DNA of 64,000 nucleotides from Callorhinchus milii. Its lineage: Eukaryota. The first letter of the stretch is position 1. Each line of letters starts with the position of its first letter. The notes beneath the pieces are model-generated. The model had not been told where the DNA came from. It did not search any database and saw nothing but the letters and a program-made list of their open reading frames with translations. Shown one piece after another: positions 13,494-28,229 of the stretch. The stretch is from assembly GCF_018977255.1 (NCBI RefSeq), contig NW_024704742.1:122452001-122516000 (forward strand), written 5' to 3'. A program made the position numbers and the translations under genes.

Positions 13494-14062
13494 ATCATAG
13501 AATCATAGAATTATACAACACAGAAGGAGGCCATTCAGCTCATCGTGTCTGTGCCGGCTCTTTGAAAAGAGCTTTTCAAATCAATCCCATTCGCCCACTT
13601 TCTCCCCATAGCCCTGCAAACTTGTCCTCCCCAAATAATTATCTGCTCTCTTAAAAGTTGTTATCAAATCAGCTTCCACCTCCCTTTCAGGCAATGCATT
13701 CCAGATCCAAACAACTCACTGTGTGAAACATTTCTCCTCACCTCCCCCTTGTTTCTTTTAACAACTTTTTTAAATCGGTGTCCTTGGGTTCCTGACCCAC
13801 TCGCCGGTGGAAATAGTTACTCCTCGTTTACCCTATTGAATCCCCTTAATTTTGAAAACTTCTAGTTCCTGTTAACCTTCTCTGCTCCAAGGAGTATAAT
13901 CCTAGCTTCCCTAGCCTCTCCTGATAACTAAAATCCCTTATTCCTGCTACCATCCTGGTAAATCTTCTTTGCACCCTCTCTAATGCCTTGACATCCTTCC
14001 TAAAGTGTGGTGCCCAGAACGGAACACAGTACTCCAGCTGAGGCCTAACTAGTGTTTTATAA
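13494..14062 (-). mobile_element. CR1-clade LINE 3' fragment
   Basis: [52 protein letters not shown] is the classic CR1 ORF2 C-terminus; ends in (TTCTATGA)n repeats. Confidence 0.92.
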
Positions 14063-14819
14063 CAGCGTTTTATAAGAATTAGAAGATACTGAATAACATC
14101 TATTTCAATCACTCACTAGATATGAGGAATTGTAATTTATTGCTTTGATTTTGTTCTGAACGGTTGCTATACTGTATCATGTGAACTACCAAAATTTGCA
14201 GAAAATGGTGCAAAAGAGATACAATAATAAGGCATAAACACCAAATCCAAATGACATTAATTTAAATTTATTTAGAAAAATTCGCCAACCAAGCCCAGCA
14301 ATAAATTGCTTTTGTGCTGATTAAATCTTGTGGTTGACGTCTAAGGCACTTAATCAAAACACAAAAGAGACTTCTTGCCCAGGGTATTCCTGGCAAATGA
14401 ATATTATATTACTTTATTGCTCTGCGCATCAGAATCCCCTGGCACATTTTGAAAAGTTTTATTGTATTTTATTTGTTTCCAGAAAACTTTTGGCTGCAGG
14501 AAATTGTTAAATCAGAGAATTAAAATCTATAAAGCTCGCTCTCAATTTTGACAATAAGGTAAGAGCTTGGTTTGATCAGCTACAAATCATCAGATCTGTC
14601 AATGGACATTTCAATGAGAAATGTCTAATTGACAGCTGAGTCAAGTAGTCACCTTGAAGCTTCTTTCCTATTTAATTATAGTTTTTTCCTATGTTCTCTA
14701 TTTCTCTATCAGCTCGTTCCTATGGTGTATTGGAGAGCCTTTTCTTATTCTTGGTAGCCACCTTTAACCATTTTTCTCTTCAATGTCAGAAGCGCTGACT
14801 GTTTGCTGCTGTATTGCCT

Positions 14820-15150
14820 TCATGCATATCGGTCACCCTCTAGCACTTTGCCCAAATGTCCATTCTTCTCACTGCAGCCAAGAAAGTCCATGTGGGCAGG
14901 AAATTTGACCATGGAGGGCACTACAGCCAAGCGATCTGATTGATTTCCAAAGTCCACACATTTGCACTTTCCAGCAGAGATCACTGGTTAGAAATCACGA
15001 GTTACGAGTTGGCTGATTTCACTTCTTCTCAGTCCAGGGAGCATTGAGGATAATTGTAGTATCCCAATTGCTTCCCCAGCTAAGATCGGTTAACTCAATT
15101 CAGATCAGGATTCAAACCTGTGACCGTTTGGTCTATATGGCTCAGTGCTA
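14820..15150 (-). mobile_element. Ancient AmnSINE2-like SINE relic
   Basis: Minus strand reads tgagccatatagacc..aggtttgaatcc..gagttaaccgatcttagctgggg..aaatcagcc..cagtgatctctgctggaaagtgc. Related relics at about 15640-16040, 25720-26150, 32430-32660, 37880-38060 (+) and 50750-50960. Family name is from recall. Confidence 0.55.
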
Positions 15151-17032
15151 CATAACAAGTTTCCTTCACTCAGTATATCAAGAGTTTTCTTGGTTTTCTT
15201 GGTGTTTTAAATGTAGGAGACAAAGAGAAGACATGATTATATGAATGATTTATCTCACACAGTGCTTTGATCTCCAAATTGGCAAAACCATTCTCAGCTC
15301 AGGCACAGCACAATGTAGATTAAAGCTTCAAGTAATTTACTGCAATAATGAACGTCAATTCCAATCTCCAAAGATTATTCCTTCTGCATCAATGTGACAT
15401 TTTACATAATGAACAAGAAAGAATATTTGCTCTGCCACAGTCAGTAATTCCCAACCATCAAGGTAATAGATCATCGATACAATTACACAAAATAGAATCT
15501 AATTTAAGAGAAAAAAACTGCGCTGGAGTGTTTTAAATCCATTCAATACTGTTCAATAATGTGTAACTCCAATGAATACTGGGTGTGAGTAAAAGTTTTA
15601 ATAATTTGGGACAATAACAAAAGATGTTCTTCTCCAGCTCTCTGCTAAGCAGCCCTTCTTCATTTTGTGTGTTGAGCATCAGATGCCAATTGATTATTCA
15701 GCCATTGTAGGTGTCACATTTGAATCTGATCTTCACTCGCATCCTGACATACTCACTCATACACTGACAACAATACTCACACCCATACTCACCCAAACAT
15801 ACACCTTTTAGAATTAGTAATTGAGGAACAATCGTGAGTGGTAACCCAAATTGAATTCACTTCTCCTGAGCATCCCAAAGACACGAGCCAACTATATTGC
15901 CCTAACCACACTATTGGCTAAGATCAGTTAATTTAGTACTAACCAAAGTATGAACATAGTATCTATGTGCATGTCAATACCGCATCATACATTATCATGC
16001 ACCTCACTTATGGTATTTACCTACTGATCCATTTAGTGAGCTGCAAAATGTCTATGTATAATTTTTTATTTGTGTGAAGCTGAGTAAAGTCTCTAAATGT
16101 AGGGATTTGCTTCTTCCTAGAGCCTAGGGTGCTGCTATTTTATGGTTATATCTGTAGACAACAAATTCCTTTGTTTCACCTGTTCTGGCAGATAAGGTGT
16201 CACCCCTTTTGAATAAATTCTGTGCAATTAGCCATTTGGAAAACAATTCTATTTTATGTTCTAGGTATGTTTCTCCTGGTGTCATAGCCATCAGTTCTCC
16301 AAATAAAATTAGTTATTCACTTCATAGCTGTTTGTGGGTCACTGGTATGCACAAATTAGCTGCTACATTCATCCACTTTACAATACATCCTGTGAAGCGC
16401 TTTGAGACACCGTCCCACATAAAAGGCACATAAAAAGCTTATTTATTATTGTTAACAGATAACAATAAATGTGAAATAAAAGGCTTATTTATTATTGTTA
16501 TTATTATTGTGTTATTACAGTTTACATCACTCTGTATAGGTAATCTCTTAATGGTTTTCAATGATAGGTCAGCCTGACCTATAACACTGACACTTTATAT
16601 ATGAATGGGTGTTACTTTTCTTAATATATTTGAGCTTCCTAAAATAGCTACCTTTTGAAGGAGAGTGATATTTTGTTCACCAGGTATTTTGTCAAACCAT
16701 TTTTGAATAGTCTTATTAACGGTCCCAGTTGCACCAATGTTGTTGTTATTATTCAGTGTTCCAATGTTTAGAATTGGCCTTCACTTGGTATCAGTGTATT
16801 ACAAGACCCACCACATGCTGATGGCACTGACTTGGCTGCATGTGATTGTAACCTGCAGAGTAATCAACATCATCATGTGAATCAACATCATTACTCTCAG
16901 GGAATTTGCCAGCATGTTTGTTATTTCCCTGGTTTTGATTGTGATGGGAATGAAACATTTTGGTTTAGTAAATCGCTTGATATGATATGGTTATGGGTTA
17001 TATGGCTAAGAGGTGGAAAATGTTGTAAACAT

Positions 17033-18085
17033 TTTAGGTTTAGGTCCTACCTCTCCCACCCTCTTCATTTTGTCTCTGCAAACAGCTTTTCCTCCAGCCC
17101 CCGCACTGTCTCATGGGTGTCCCTCAGGGCTCTGTCCTCGGTCCCCTCCTCTTCACCCTCTATATGCTCCCCCTCGGTGACATCATCCGCAGACATGGGG
17201 TTAACTTCCACATGTATGCAGAGGACACTCAACTCTACCTTTCCTCTTCTACCCTCAACTCCACGACCACCGATGTCCTGACAGCTGCCTGTCTGACATC
17301 GAGTCCTGGATGAGAGACAACTTTCTTCAGCTCAACGTGCGCAAAACTGAGGCCCTCCTGATTGGTTCGCGTTAGCGCCTCCGCACCTCAGGCGCTGACA
17401 GCATCAGCATCCAAGGCTGCACTCTCCACCTCTCAAAGCCGGTCAGGAACCTCGGTGTTCTGTTCGACCCTGAGCTGTCCTTTCTTCCCCACATCCGTGT
17501 CAGAGCAGGCACTGCCTTCCACCACCTCCGGAACATCGCCGACTACGGAACTACCTCACCCCTCACGCTGCTGAAACACTGGTCCACGTCTTTATCACCT
17601 CAAGGCTGGACTACGTCTTTCCTCGTCGGCCTTCCCGGCACCTCCCTCCACAAGCTGCAGGTCATTCAGAACTCTGCAGCTCGTGTACTGTCCCGCACCA
17701 GGCTTCGGGACCACATCACTCCCACCCTCGCTCGCCTCCACTGGCTCCCCATCCCCCAGAGAATCGAATTCAAGATACTCATCCTCACCTACAAGGCCAT
17801 TCACGGCCTTGCTCCCTCCTACCTCTCCGACCTACTATCCCCCTACGTACCTGCCCATATCCTCCGTTCCTCTGGCTCTGGTCAGCTCCACATCCCCCGC
17901 CCCAACCGCCCTACCATCGGTGGCCGGGCTTTCAGCCTCTCAGCCCCTAGGCCCATCGCTCCCTCCCTTCCCTCCCCTCACCCTGACCATTTCCCCCCTG
18001 CTCGGGTCCCAACCCAACTGTCCAGTGCCTTGGGACGTCCTCCCGACATAAAAGGCGCTCTATAAATGAAATATTGTTGTTGTTG
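17033..18085 (+). mobile_element. Young L2, 5'-truncated in RT, with internal deletions
   Basis: [14 protein letters not shown]; near-identical to 4193-5665; lacks about 120 bp after cagcccctagg (about 17950); (TTG)n tail. Confidence 0.95.
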
Positions 18086-21000
18086 AGTGCTGCATTCTTC
18101 CGTAGCGCTGACATTTCAGACATTTCTACAAAGGTGTGGAGTAGCAACCGCAGAAAGAGCAGTAATAATAATAATAATAATAATAATTCATTAACATTGG
18201 TCCTTCCTCAAGGTCTTGGTTGTGTTCTCCAATTCTTGTCTGCTGGGATTGTCTCGATAGCATTCGCTGAACCTGGCCAAAAACAGTTAGCATGTGAAAT
18301 GTTCAGCGATCCCAAGTGTTCACAAATCTTTGGTAACATTCAGACTCCATCAATCTCCAAATACACAACACTGGAAAACAGGCCCTTTAAAAGCTGGATA
18401 AAGCCCTCGACACAGCAAATTACTCATGTCAGATTGTAAAATGAATGGGTTTGATAGCTGTCAATTTCCCGGTCACATTTATTTATGCATTTATACATAT
18501 GCCTAACTCACCACTCTGGCTAATCGTCACTGAGCTCTTTCCCCTGAGCTATCAGGATAGAATAATTAAATAGTGTTAAATTTGAGATATTGAACAGATT
18601 TCAGAAATTCATTAAGAAATACCATAAAATGTACTCCTTTACCTATTTATCGGTATCACCTGTTTTTTAATGAGTTGCCACATGACATTTTACAAAACTC
18701 AATGAGAATAAATGGTTTTCGATGAGGCTTTGATAACATGATGGGGCTAGAGAGGATGAATCTGGAAACAATAGGCAATGTGTTACTGCTCCTCCATCAA
18801 CAGAAGGTAGAATGCAATCACTCTGGTAATTCAAAAGGAGAATTCAATTCAAAAATGTCTGACACAATTTTATCAAATTTGATGTAATCTTTTTTGAGAT
18901 TGTACAAAATTTTAATACATGATGTAGGTTTTTTTTGATACATGAGGAAACCTATAAACCTGCTTAAGAGTATCCAAACCAGGCAAAGATTTCCCTATAT
19001 GTATTACCAACTACATATGGAAATGTTACTGTTTCTGAATTGAATGAATACTATCTCCCTGGACAGACTCACCTGATTATCTAATTCTGGAGAGTATTAG
19101 GTGCAGATTGGTGAAAGCCAAGGCTTGGGGACCCTATACTAAGCATTGGGGTGCTACTGGAGTTTAACTAGCTAAAACTGCATAGCTTGGCACTGCTGGC
19201 AAACTTGCCACTGCCTGTTCAGCTGGAACCACCTACTAGTTAGGGCTTTGTATGGCAGGATTAACAGGTGCAGAATGAAAAGAATATCTGCTCCCAGTGA
19301 CTGGTCTGCCCTTCCAAAACCTGCCAAGGAGGCTGGTGTATCAACAGTTGTGGCTAGAGTACTGCAGATCTGCCTGGCTCAGGAACCAGACAACCAAGAC
19401 TGGTCAACTTGATCCTGTCATTTTGTTACCCAGTACATAACCAGTACATATAAAAATAAATCCTTTAAAAAATGCTGGCCAGTGAGATAGTTCTATAGTG
19501 AGATGGCTAAACATGTAAACCGCATTCACTCTGCATTCTAATGAATGAGGGAATGAAGGAATGATTTGCAGTGAAAGTGGAAAATGAATGAAAATGAAAA
19601 TCAATGGTGCTGAAAGGATTTCTCTTTCAAAGTGCCAGCAAAGACATAATGGTTGAATAGTCTTTGTCTGTTAAATTTCTATAATTCTATGAAATGTTAC
19701 CTCAGTAAATAGGAAAGAACAAAATTTGTCGCTTGAATGAATTTCAGATTTTCTATGTTAAGTAGTAATCAACCACTTAAATATATTTAGGCTAATGTTA
19801 CAATCTCACACTTTAGTTTTTGGAGTTCCACCTCCTCGGATTTATTAGACACATTTACTCCCCATTATTTTGCAATCAGATCCACTATTTTATGTTCACT
19901 ATATTATGTGAAATGGAATGCAATATACTTTCATTAAAGGCCTTATAAGTTACTACCAGATTTACTTTAAATCTATTTAAAATTTTTAAAATGCCTATTC
20001 CACAACAGTTTTCTCTGCCAGACTGTCATTTGTTTCTACTTCATTCTCTGGCTTCAGCAGGAGTCTCATCAGTAAAGGATTTGGGTCATAGCCTCAGATT
20101 ATACAGAACTATTCTTATAAAGTGAGTGGTTACGCTTTTCTTAGACTTTGCCATTTGGGGATTTCTCATTCTTGCACAAATGCCATAATCCAATATTTGC
20201 TAATTAGAAGCTAATTAACACACCAAATCTGGTTTGTAATATATCCAAGGTGTTACACTAGAATTGCAAGATGAAGGAATAATGCAATAAGAACATAGGA
20301 CTGTTCAGGACTGGAAAGAATCACAATAGTCACAAGATTACAAGATTGGTTTGGATGAAGAAGGTTCTTTGGCCCATTTGATCTCATCCATCCAGAATAC
20401 CCACCCTGCCATCTCTCCATTACAGTATTGAGCATTTTTTTCCAAATGAGTCCAGTGCCCTGGTCTCAACCACCCTCTTGGAAGCCTATTCCAGTTGTTA
20501 ATTACCCTCTCGGCAAAGATGACGAAAGGTTCGGTCAAAGAGGGGCTTGAGTTGGATTTTGAAGGAAGCAAGGGAAGAAGCAAGGCAAAGGGACTCTCCT
20601 TTCTCAAATGTAGTGCAATTTCTCCCTTCCTCACATATCCCCAATCCCCTTTCACATGAAAAATGCATTCAGTTACCTCTTATACTGGCTGTTCAACTAC
20701 CTCTCCAACTTGCTACATGTTAATGATATTGATCCAGAAAATGTTGTAGTAATTAACAGAATGAAATATTGTGCTTCATAAACTTAGAACATTTCACACA
20801 GATATTGCAGAGCAGCACATTTGAAGATAGTACCCTGATTTTAATGCATGTTCTTTCAAGAACACCCAGCAATTCAGAAAAATAATTGAACTTCTGCTGC
20901 CTTAACAATTCTGTTCTGAAGAAATAAGTGATGCGTGCCTAACACCAAAACCTCCTGAACACAAAAGCTCTGAGCAACGTCATAATCGGTATCCATGGAG

Positions 21001-21380
21001 CAACCCTTGGGCCCTTTAAATTCAAAGCTTTTTTTAGATTTCACTATCACAGGTAAGGAATGGGATTGACTAAAATTGCATCCAAGTCTAGTGTAATCAA
21101 CTCAAAGATCTTCATGATGATCTCTCAGCTTATACACTTCTATTTCAAGAAACCAAGGTAATTAAGTCTTGGACGGCAAATCATTTTGCTTGAATATTGA
21201 CTTTGCTTGACTTGTGTCCTCTTTTGCTACATTTCACACTCCTCCTTAGGCAATGAAACTGCTGTGGCAATTGTTCAGATTCACTGCCCAATAACACAAC
21301 ATCAACAATTCTGGATAGTCTTTAGATCCACTTTGAGTAGGTCTCAGTCTGGCACCTTGTGGAAGGTTTCGTTGTACTGA

Positions 21381-21697
21381 TGGAGTCCTGCAGCTCAGTG
21401 GTGAGACCACTCGCTTTGCAAGCGAGAGACCTGAGTTCAATTCCAGCAGGGCGAAACCTTGGGCAAGTTTCCTTACTCCACACGCCTAATAATAATCCCT
21501 CCAAAACCAAAAACAATAATAAATTGGTCATTTTCAATCTAAGACTCTTTGTGGGACATTGCTGTGCGCAATTGGCTGCCGCGTTAGCCCACAAATATAC
21601 AGTCAATTCACTTTACAGTGTGTTCTGTGAAGCGCTTTGGGACGTCCTCCCAACGTGGAAAGCGCTATATCAAATGCAAGGATTATTATTATTATTA
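21381..21697 (+). mobile_element. Young tRNA-SINE, full length
   Basis: Same head, body and tail as 1216-1540. Confidence 0.93.
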
Positions 21698-22301
21698 CTG
21701 GACAATAATGCTGACTCCTGATTTGATTGGGTATATTTCCTAACTGTAATTGGTTAAACCGGAGGTGCCCTCTAACAAAAAGACTAAATTGAGCCGATGT
21801 TATAAAAATCTTTCTATTTGATACAACACCTAAAAACACATTAAAGTCTCTCAAAGCACTTCACAATAATTGCTGTCAAGTGAAGTGACTATGCTGTCTG
21901 TAAGGTTCAGCTGCAGCCAATATGTAAACAGTAAAGTCCTAAAAACAACCGAGGGGTGAATTACAACATTTATCTGTGCATTGGTCAGGACAGACAGAAC
22001 CCCCCTTCTCTTTTCAAATAGTATCACAGGATCTTTAATTGTACAACTGTACAAAGCTGTACAGAGTTTATATCTGACCTGAAGTTCCTCCAATTTCCAG
22101 GTGTTAATCCCCTCCCCAGTCCACGGTGGCTGCAGGTGATGGAGGTGGGTGACAAATTGCTGGGATACTTGCAGATTTTGTTCATGTGAATTCAAATTAA
22201 ACCATTTATATTCCCCCAAAACAGTACTCTAAGCTCCTGGCTTGGACATCAGCAGTCAGTCATCATGTTCATTTCCAGCATTTGTGGATTTTCATTTCAA
22301 C

Positions 22302-23146
22302 AATAACAATACATTGCATTTATATAGCACCTTTCATATCGGGAAGATATCCCAAGGCAGTTGGAAGGTTGGCACCCAAGCTGAGAGTTAAATTCAAGAG
22401 AGATGGGGGGGACAAGGGATTTGGAGGTAGCAAGATGACTGAACACATGGTCAAAGAGGAAGGTCTTGAGCCAGACCTTGAAGGAAGCAAGGAAAGGGAC
22501 AAGTCAAAAGGACTCCGAGATGGAGTTTCAGAAAGGCTTAAGTGAAGCATGCCAGTGCCTGCCAAGTGGGGGGCCCAGGTGGGTTAATAAAGTTTTAGTA
22601 GTTCGCAGAGGTAGTATGGGGCAAGACCGTGGATGGCTTTGAAAGTGAGAATGAGGATCTTGAACTCGATCCTCTGATGGATGGGGAGCCACTGGAGCCC
22701 AGTAAAGATGAGGGTGATAGGCTCCCGGAGTGAGGTGCGGGAGAAATCATGACCTGCAGAGTTCTGAATAATCTGCCGTGATGGGAAATGTTGCGAAGAT
22801 GGGTGAATGGATCAAGGGTGTGGGGTTTGAGGGACAGTTGAAAGTCGAACAAGACACTGAGGGTCCGTTCTGGTTCGGTGAGGTGGAGAGTGCATCCATG
22901 TATAGTAATACTGTCAGCACTTAAGGTGAGAAGGCACTGACGGGAGCCAAGCAGGAGGGCCTCTGTCTTATGGAAAAGCAACTATAGAAAGCTAGCTCTC
23001 AGTCAGGACGTGATGTCTCACAGACAGGACAGCAGTAATCCTGGAATTGAGGGTGGAGGCAAAGAGATAGAGTTGGGTATCATCTGCATACTTGTGGAAG
23101 TTAACCCCATGCTTGTGGATGACATCACCGAGTGGGAGCATGTAAA
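22302..23146 (-). mobile_element. Diverged L2 fragment (RT YADD to tail)
   Basis: [37 protein letters not shown], and tail at about 22302. Confidence 0.85.
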
Positions 23147-23430
23147 TAATAATGATAATAATAATCCTTGCATTTGATATAGCACTTTTTGCGTATTCTA
23201 GACGTCTCAAAGCACTTCACAGAATAGACTGCAAAGTGTAGTGACCGTATATTTGTGGGCGAGCCTTGGCAGTCAATTGCGCACACCAGTGTCTCACAAA
23301 CAGTTGTGGATTGAGTGACCAAATTATTACTATTTACTTTTTAATATGTTTTTTTGTTAAGGGATTATTATGAGGCATGTGGAGTAAGGAAACTTGCCCA
23401 GGGTTTTGTCCTGCTGGAAATCGAACCCGG
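23146..23430 (-). mobile_element. tRNA-SINE, older subfamily, 5'-truncated
   Basis: Reverse complement of the SINE body with GGGTTCGATT B box and ACGTC-TAGAA tail loop. Confidence 0.85.
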
Positions 23431-26400
23431 GGGGCTAAGGAGAGCAGCGGGTGGGGTGATAAAAGTCTGGGGCAATGGGAACAGAGCTCATAAATGGAAC
23501 AAACAATACAATTATGATTAGTTGGGCTGCGGGTAAGATTATTAACATACTGACAGAAGTAATTCAAAGACTCCTGCTTTGCTTCCTCATAGGTGCTGGC
23601 CCCACTGGCTTCGCTCCTCGTCAGCCTTGCTCCCGGGTTGGCCTCACTCCCGATGTTTGATGTTCACAATGTTTATTTTTATCTCTTTCATAATACTTTA
23701 TTCTGTCTCTTTAGTCAATGCACCATCCGTCAAAAGCTTTTTGGTGTCATCTACTGCATCAGCAAAGTGGACAACTGCCAAAACTGTTCTATTTAGTTTT
23801 CTATATGATACACTGTACACGACACAGTGAAGGGCATCAAAATACGGTAAAATGTTGGCTTTTTTCTTGGTGTACACACAAAAGCATAAATTATTCTCAC
23901 AGGATTATGTAGGATTCAATGATTATACACCTGGGAGAGTAGTACAGTACATCATTAAAGTTCTTTTTTCTTCAACCACAATTTCAACAGTCAGGGAATC
24001 ATCTGTGAAAAGTCTATCATTCAGTGTGAACTGTAAAAGGAACTGAAACAGCTCCTTTTCATTTGTCATTGTCACTGGGACAGAATACCTTTCTCAAACA
24101 ATGCTTTTTTTAAAAAATCTGCTTCCATCAAATGCTGGAGAAGAACTCTAATTATGCCATTCTGCTTTCTTCTTTCTGCTCTATTAAATATTGTTATCTT
24201 CCTGATGTGGCCACTAGAATCAACATTACTGCTCTGTACAAAATAATCTGCCATGTTTAGTGGTAAGAAACTGGCTCACAGGAGATAAATCCAAATCAGG
24301 AATCCAAAGCATTGTTGGCCAACCTATAGCTCAGTTATCAACTCTGTGAGTCGAAGTTCCAATTAGTATGGCAGTCCAAACCGGACCAATATCAAGGACT
24401 TCAGCAAAATTTCATATCATGTCTGCTTGCTTATGATTTTCATTAAAAACTTCTCAACTTTCTTCATATAGAATCTTTTTTATTCTAGAAAAAAAGTGGA
24501 GCAATTCATCACATCAGGCGGGTCTTGATTCAAATCCAATATTCCAGAGAGGAAAGATCAATGTTGAAATCCAATTTGCAAGATTCACAAAAACATTTGA
24601 AAATAGCAATCTTGAATGTGTTATTGCCAACACGCTGAAACCCTGCTCACACTCCATTCTCAGTTTTCACTCATAATTCTTTGCTTTCTTTGACACCTCT
24701 GAACTCCATGAAGTCAGTATTAAAGAAGAATTCCAGAGTATCATCTGGAATCCATCAGATTTGCTTTTCCCAGATTTACTAGGTTAATCCCCGTTATAAC
24801 GTACTCTAACTCGCAGAAACAGATTTTGCTAAAAATACTGTGTGGTACTAACCACATTGTATAATTGTTCACATTACTACCCTGCACAAAATAACCTGCC
24901 ATGTTCAGTAAAGTTCCTCAGCGGAACGTCAATATAAAACAAATGCACTCAGCACAAGTCATGGAATGGGGAAGTCAGCAAATCCTGGAAAGCTTTTAGT
25001 ATGCCTCTTGCGACATTTCAAAAATTTATAGCTTTTAGAAGAGTCTTGAGAATTATAGGGTTTTAAAACAGCTTACAGTACACTTGGAAAAAATGAAAAG
25101 CTTTGTCTATGATTACTTTCATGCTGAGAATGAATTCTTTTAAGCAATTAACTAAATTAAAGGATAGGTTGCTAATTCTCCACACTCCATGGTATCCTGT
25201 CTGCTGGTTCAGAAATAGCCTTGTGACCAGCCTTTCTCCAATCTGTCTTCACAACATGACTAGTGTTCCACATTGATTTCCTGCCGTTTGGGGCCAGGAA
25301 CTTCTATCTACTTTATGTTCTGACGTATTAGACACAGGCAGTCTCCATTAGCCATTAAGCAGATGAATTAATTTGTTTCCCAGAATATAACTTTCTTTTT
25401 TTATTAAACGACAAGGTTATATATATATTATAGATAAATATATATATGTATTACAGTATGGGCTAGCACTTACTTCACCAATACAGTGTCTATCATGGAT
25501 AGGGCAAAAGTAAGTAAATCTTCCTTGCTTGCAACAGGTGTTTTAAATGCCGCTTCATGGGACAACCATTGAGATAAAACTGGCATTCCATGAATTTGAA
25601 CTTTAACTGTGAAATCAGTCATCAAATGAAGTGGCTTCACTGATCTCTTTCAGAACATATATTGTGTCATTATTTGCTCCCAAAGATACCGTGTGGTGTG
25701 GGAGAGGGATCTGACCTCCTCTTGCTGGGGTGCAGTTCCATGGGTCCTGGTTGTCCTCTGCTACCCCCCCAAGTGGCCATTGTTAATGTGTGATGATTGG
25801 CAGTGTGTGTCAGTATGCCTGTAATGCCTACAGTCTACAACAACAACAACTTGCATTTATATGGCTTGACAGTGACGGAGTCTGACACTGAGCCAGAGGG
25901 ATATCCTTTACAGTACAGATTGTCAAAGATATCACAATAGAGCCTGACTTCTCCCAACCCAGCTGACACACATGTTCACAACCAGAAAGAGGGTGTTGTA
26001 GAAGAACTAGGAGCCTGATCCCTGGCTGGTTTATCCACCTTAATTCTGTGAAGGTTTAAGATAATTTAGCCTCTTCATTCAGCCCCAGATGAAACCAGTA
26101 AACTAGGCATGGACCAGGATGTGAACCTGCAGCTCTATCCGCTATACCATAAGGGCTACCCCTTTCAGGAGTGTATAATGATCCTTGCATTTGATATAGG
26201 GACTTATCACGTCATCAAGCCATCTCAATGTGTATACAAGATATACAGTAAAGTTGTGTGACTACATATATTTAGTGGACGAATGTGGCAGCCAATTTGC
26301 ATACAGCAATTTAGGAATTCTTTAGGAATTGATGGAAGAATGTGATGTTTCAAAATAGTCTGATTCAGATTTGATAATTATTGAATCTGTTATAAGACAC

Positions 26401-26438
26401 TGCATATTCCCCTGTAATTCCTACTGTATAAATCATCC

Positions 26439-27215
26439 AACAACAACAACAAAATTACATTTGTATAGCGTCTTTCACATTGGGAGGACGTTCCAAGGCG
26501 CGGGACAGTCAGTGTTTTGGACTCGAGCTGAGGGTCGGGATCGGTGAGGATGGAGGGCAGGGGGGCATGGAGGGTGACTAAAGGTATGGTTGAAGTGGAG
26601 AGTCTTGAGATGGGTCTTGAAGGAGGCAAGGGAGGGGGCAAAGCGGAGGGACTGCAGGATGGAGTTCCAGAAGGTGGGGGCAGAGTGGCTGAAAGCCTGC
26701 CCCCAATGATGGGGCGTGCGATGCGGGGGCCATGAAGCAGGCTGGAGCCCGCTGGTCAGAGGGATTGGGCAGATTGGTAGGTGGTTAGAAGGTTGCAGAG
26801 GTAGTAGGGAGGGAGGCCATGGAAGGATTCAAAGGTGAGGACCAGGATCTTGAACTATATCCTCTGTGTGATGGGAAGCCAGTGGAGTTGGGCGAGGATG
26901 AGGTTGATAGGGTCACAGAGTCTGGTGCGGGAGAGGACACAGGCTGCAGAGTTCTGGATGATCTGCAACCTATGGAGGGAGGAGTTGGGGAAGTAGGGAG
27001 TTTGCGTAGTCAAGCCTGGATGTTATGAATGCATGCATGAGGGTCTTGGCGACCTGCAATGTGAGTCAGTGGAGGAGTCGAGCGATGTTGTGGAGGTGGG
27101 GGAAGACAGAGCAGGTGATGCCACGGATGTGGCGTAGAAAGGATAGTTGAGGGTCAAACAAGACGCCAACATTCTGGACTGGCTCAATGAGGTGAAGTGT
27201 GCATCTTTGGATGGT
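26439..27215 (-). mobile_element. Diverged L2 3' fragment
   Basis: (TTG)n tail, tail hairpin, and homology to the L2 ORF2 3' region. Confidence 0.85.
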
Positions 27216-28229
27216 TTGTTGCCAAAAAAGTGACATCGAAAGAATAAAAAAAGATTTTATTAGATGGATAGAAAAACAACTTAACAGTCCTTATTCATGA
27301 GCCATCTAATTGGAATTCAGGGTGTCTTTCACACAGTGAAAGGAAACAGCAGCACATCACCAATGGTGTGATATTTGATTTGTTCATGGATAATGCATAT
27401 TGATGTTTTAAACACTTTCTGCAAAAGTTCACAAGTAATAATATTTCACTAAAGTGAGATAGTGTCTTTTTCAATGTTGCCACAGAGTGAGATTCTTCAC
27501 ACCCTGAATTATTGACAGGTGACACCCAAGTGTAAACCTGGATCAGTGAGTAGGACTCTCACCTCCGGGTCAAAAGGTTGTGGGCTCAAGCTTCACTTTG
27601 GGACTTTGAGCTAAAGCAATTCAGTGATGGGAGGTGTTGAATTGCCGGAGGTGCCGTCCTGCAATTCAAACATAAAACTGAGGTCCTGCCTGGTTAAAGA
27701 TTGCACAGCATTAATTGAAAAGCGGAGGGAGTTTCTCCTGACTAACAATTCTCCCACTTCTTGTCTAATTCACTCGCTTTGACATCTTGATCCATTCACT
27801 CCCTGGCACCTCCCTAGCTCTCCGACCTCCTCACTTCCCTCTTTATATTAACTGCACAGGATTGAGGGATACTTTTGTGAATTATTTTATTCAATCGATT
27901 TGAAAGCAGAATCTTTCCCACAGACTACAGAGCCCAGGTTTATTAGCAGATTAGAATTTCCAAGAAAGTCAGATTCAAAGTCAGATTGGAGAATTCAGAT
28001 CAGCAGTGAAAGTCGTCTCCGCAAATCTGACCAGCGTCTTTTGTTCTTATTGCAAGAGATGGCATTGTTCTGATCTTACTTTCTTAATCCCATTTACCGC
28101 TGCTCCTGCTTTAGGCGTGATACCATGTCCATGTATCTATTCTTGAAGCTCGTTTTATGCACTCCACAATACTTTACTTAAAATCTGTTCAGGTCTCAAC
28201 TTGGTGTATCCGAAAGCATTGGATTTGTA

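Noticed and set aside
16432..16500. Short duplication gcttatttattattgtta
   Set aside because: AT-rich slippage at a SINE tail; unremarkable.
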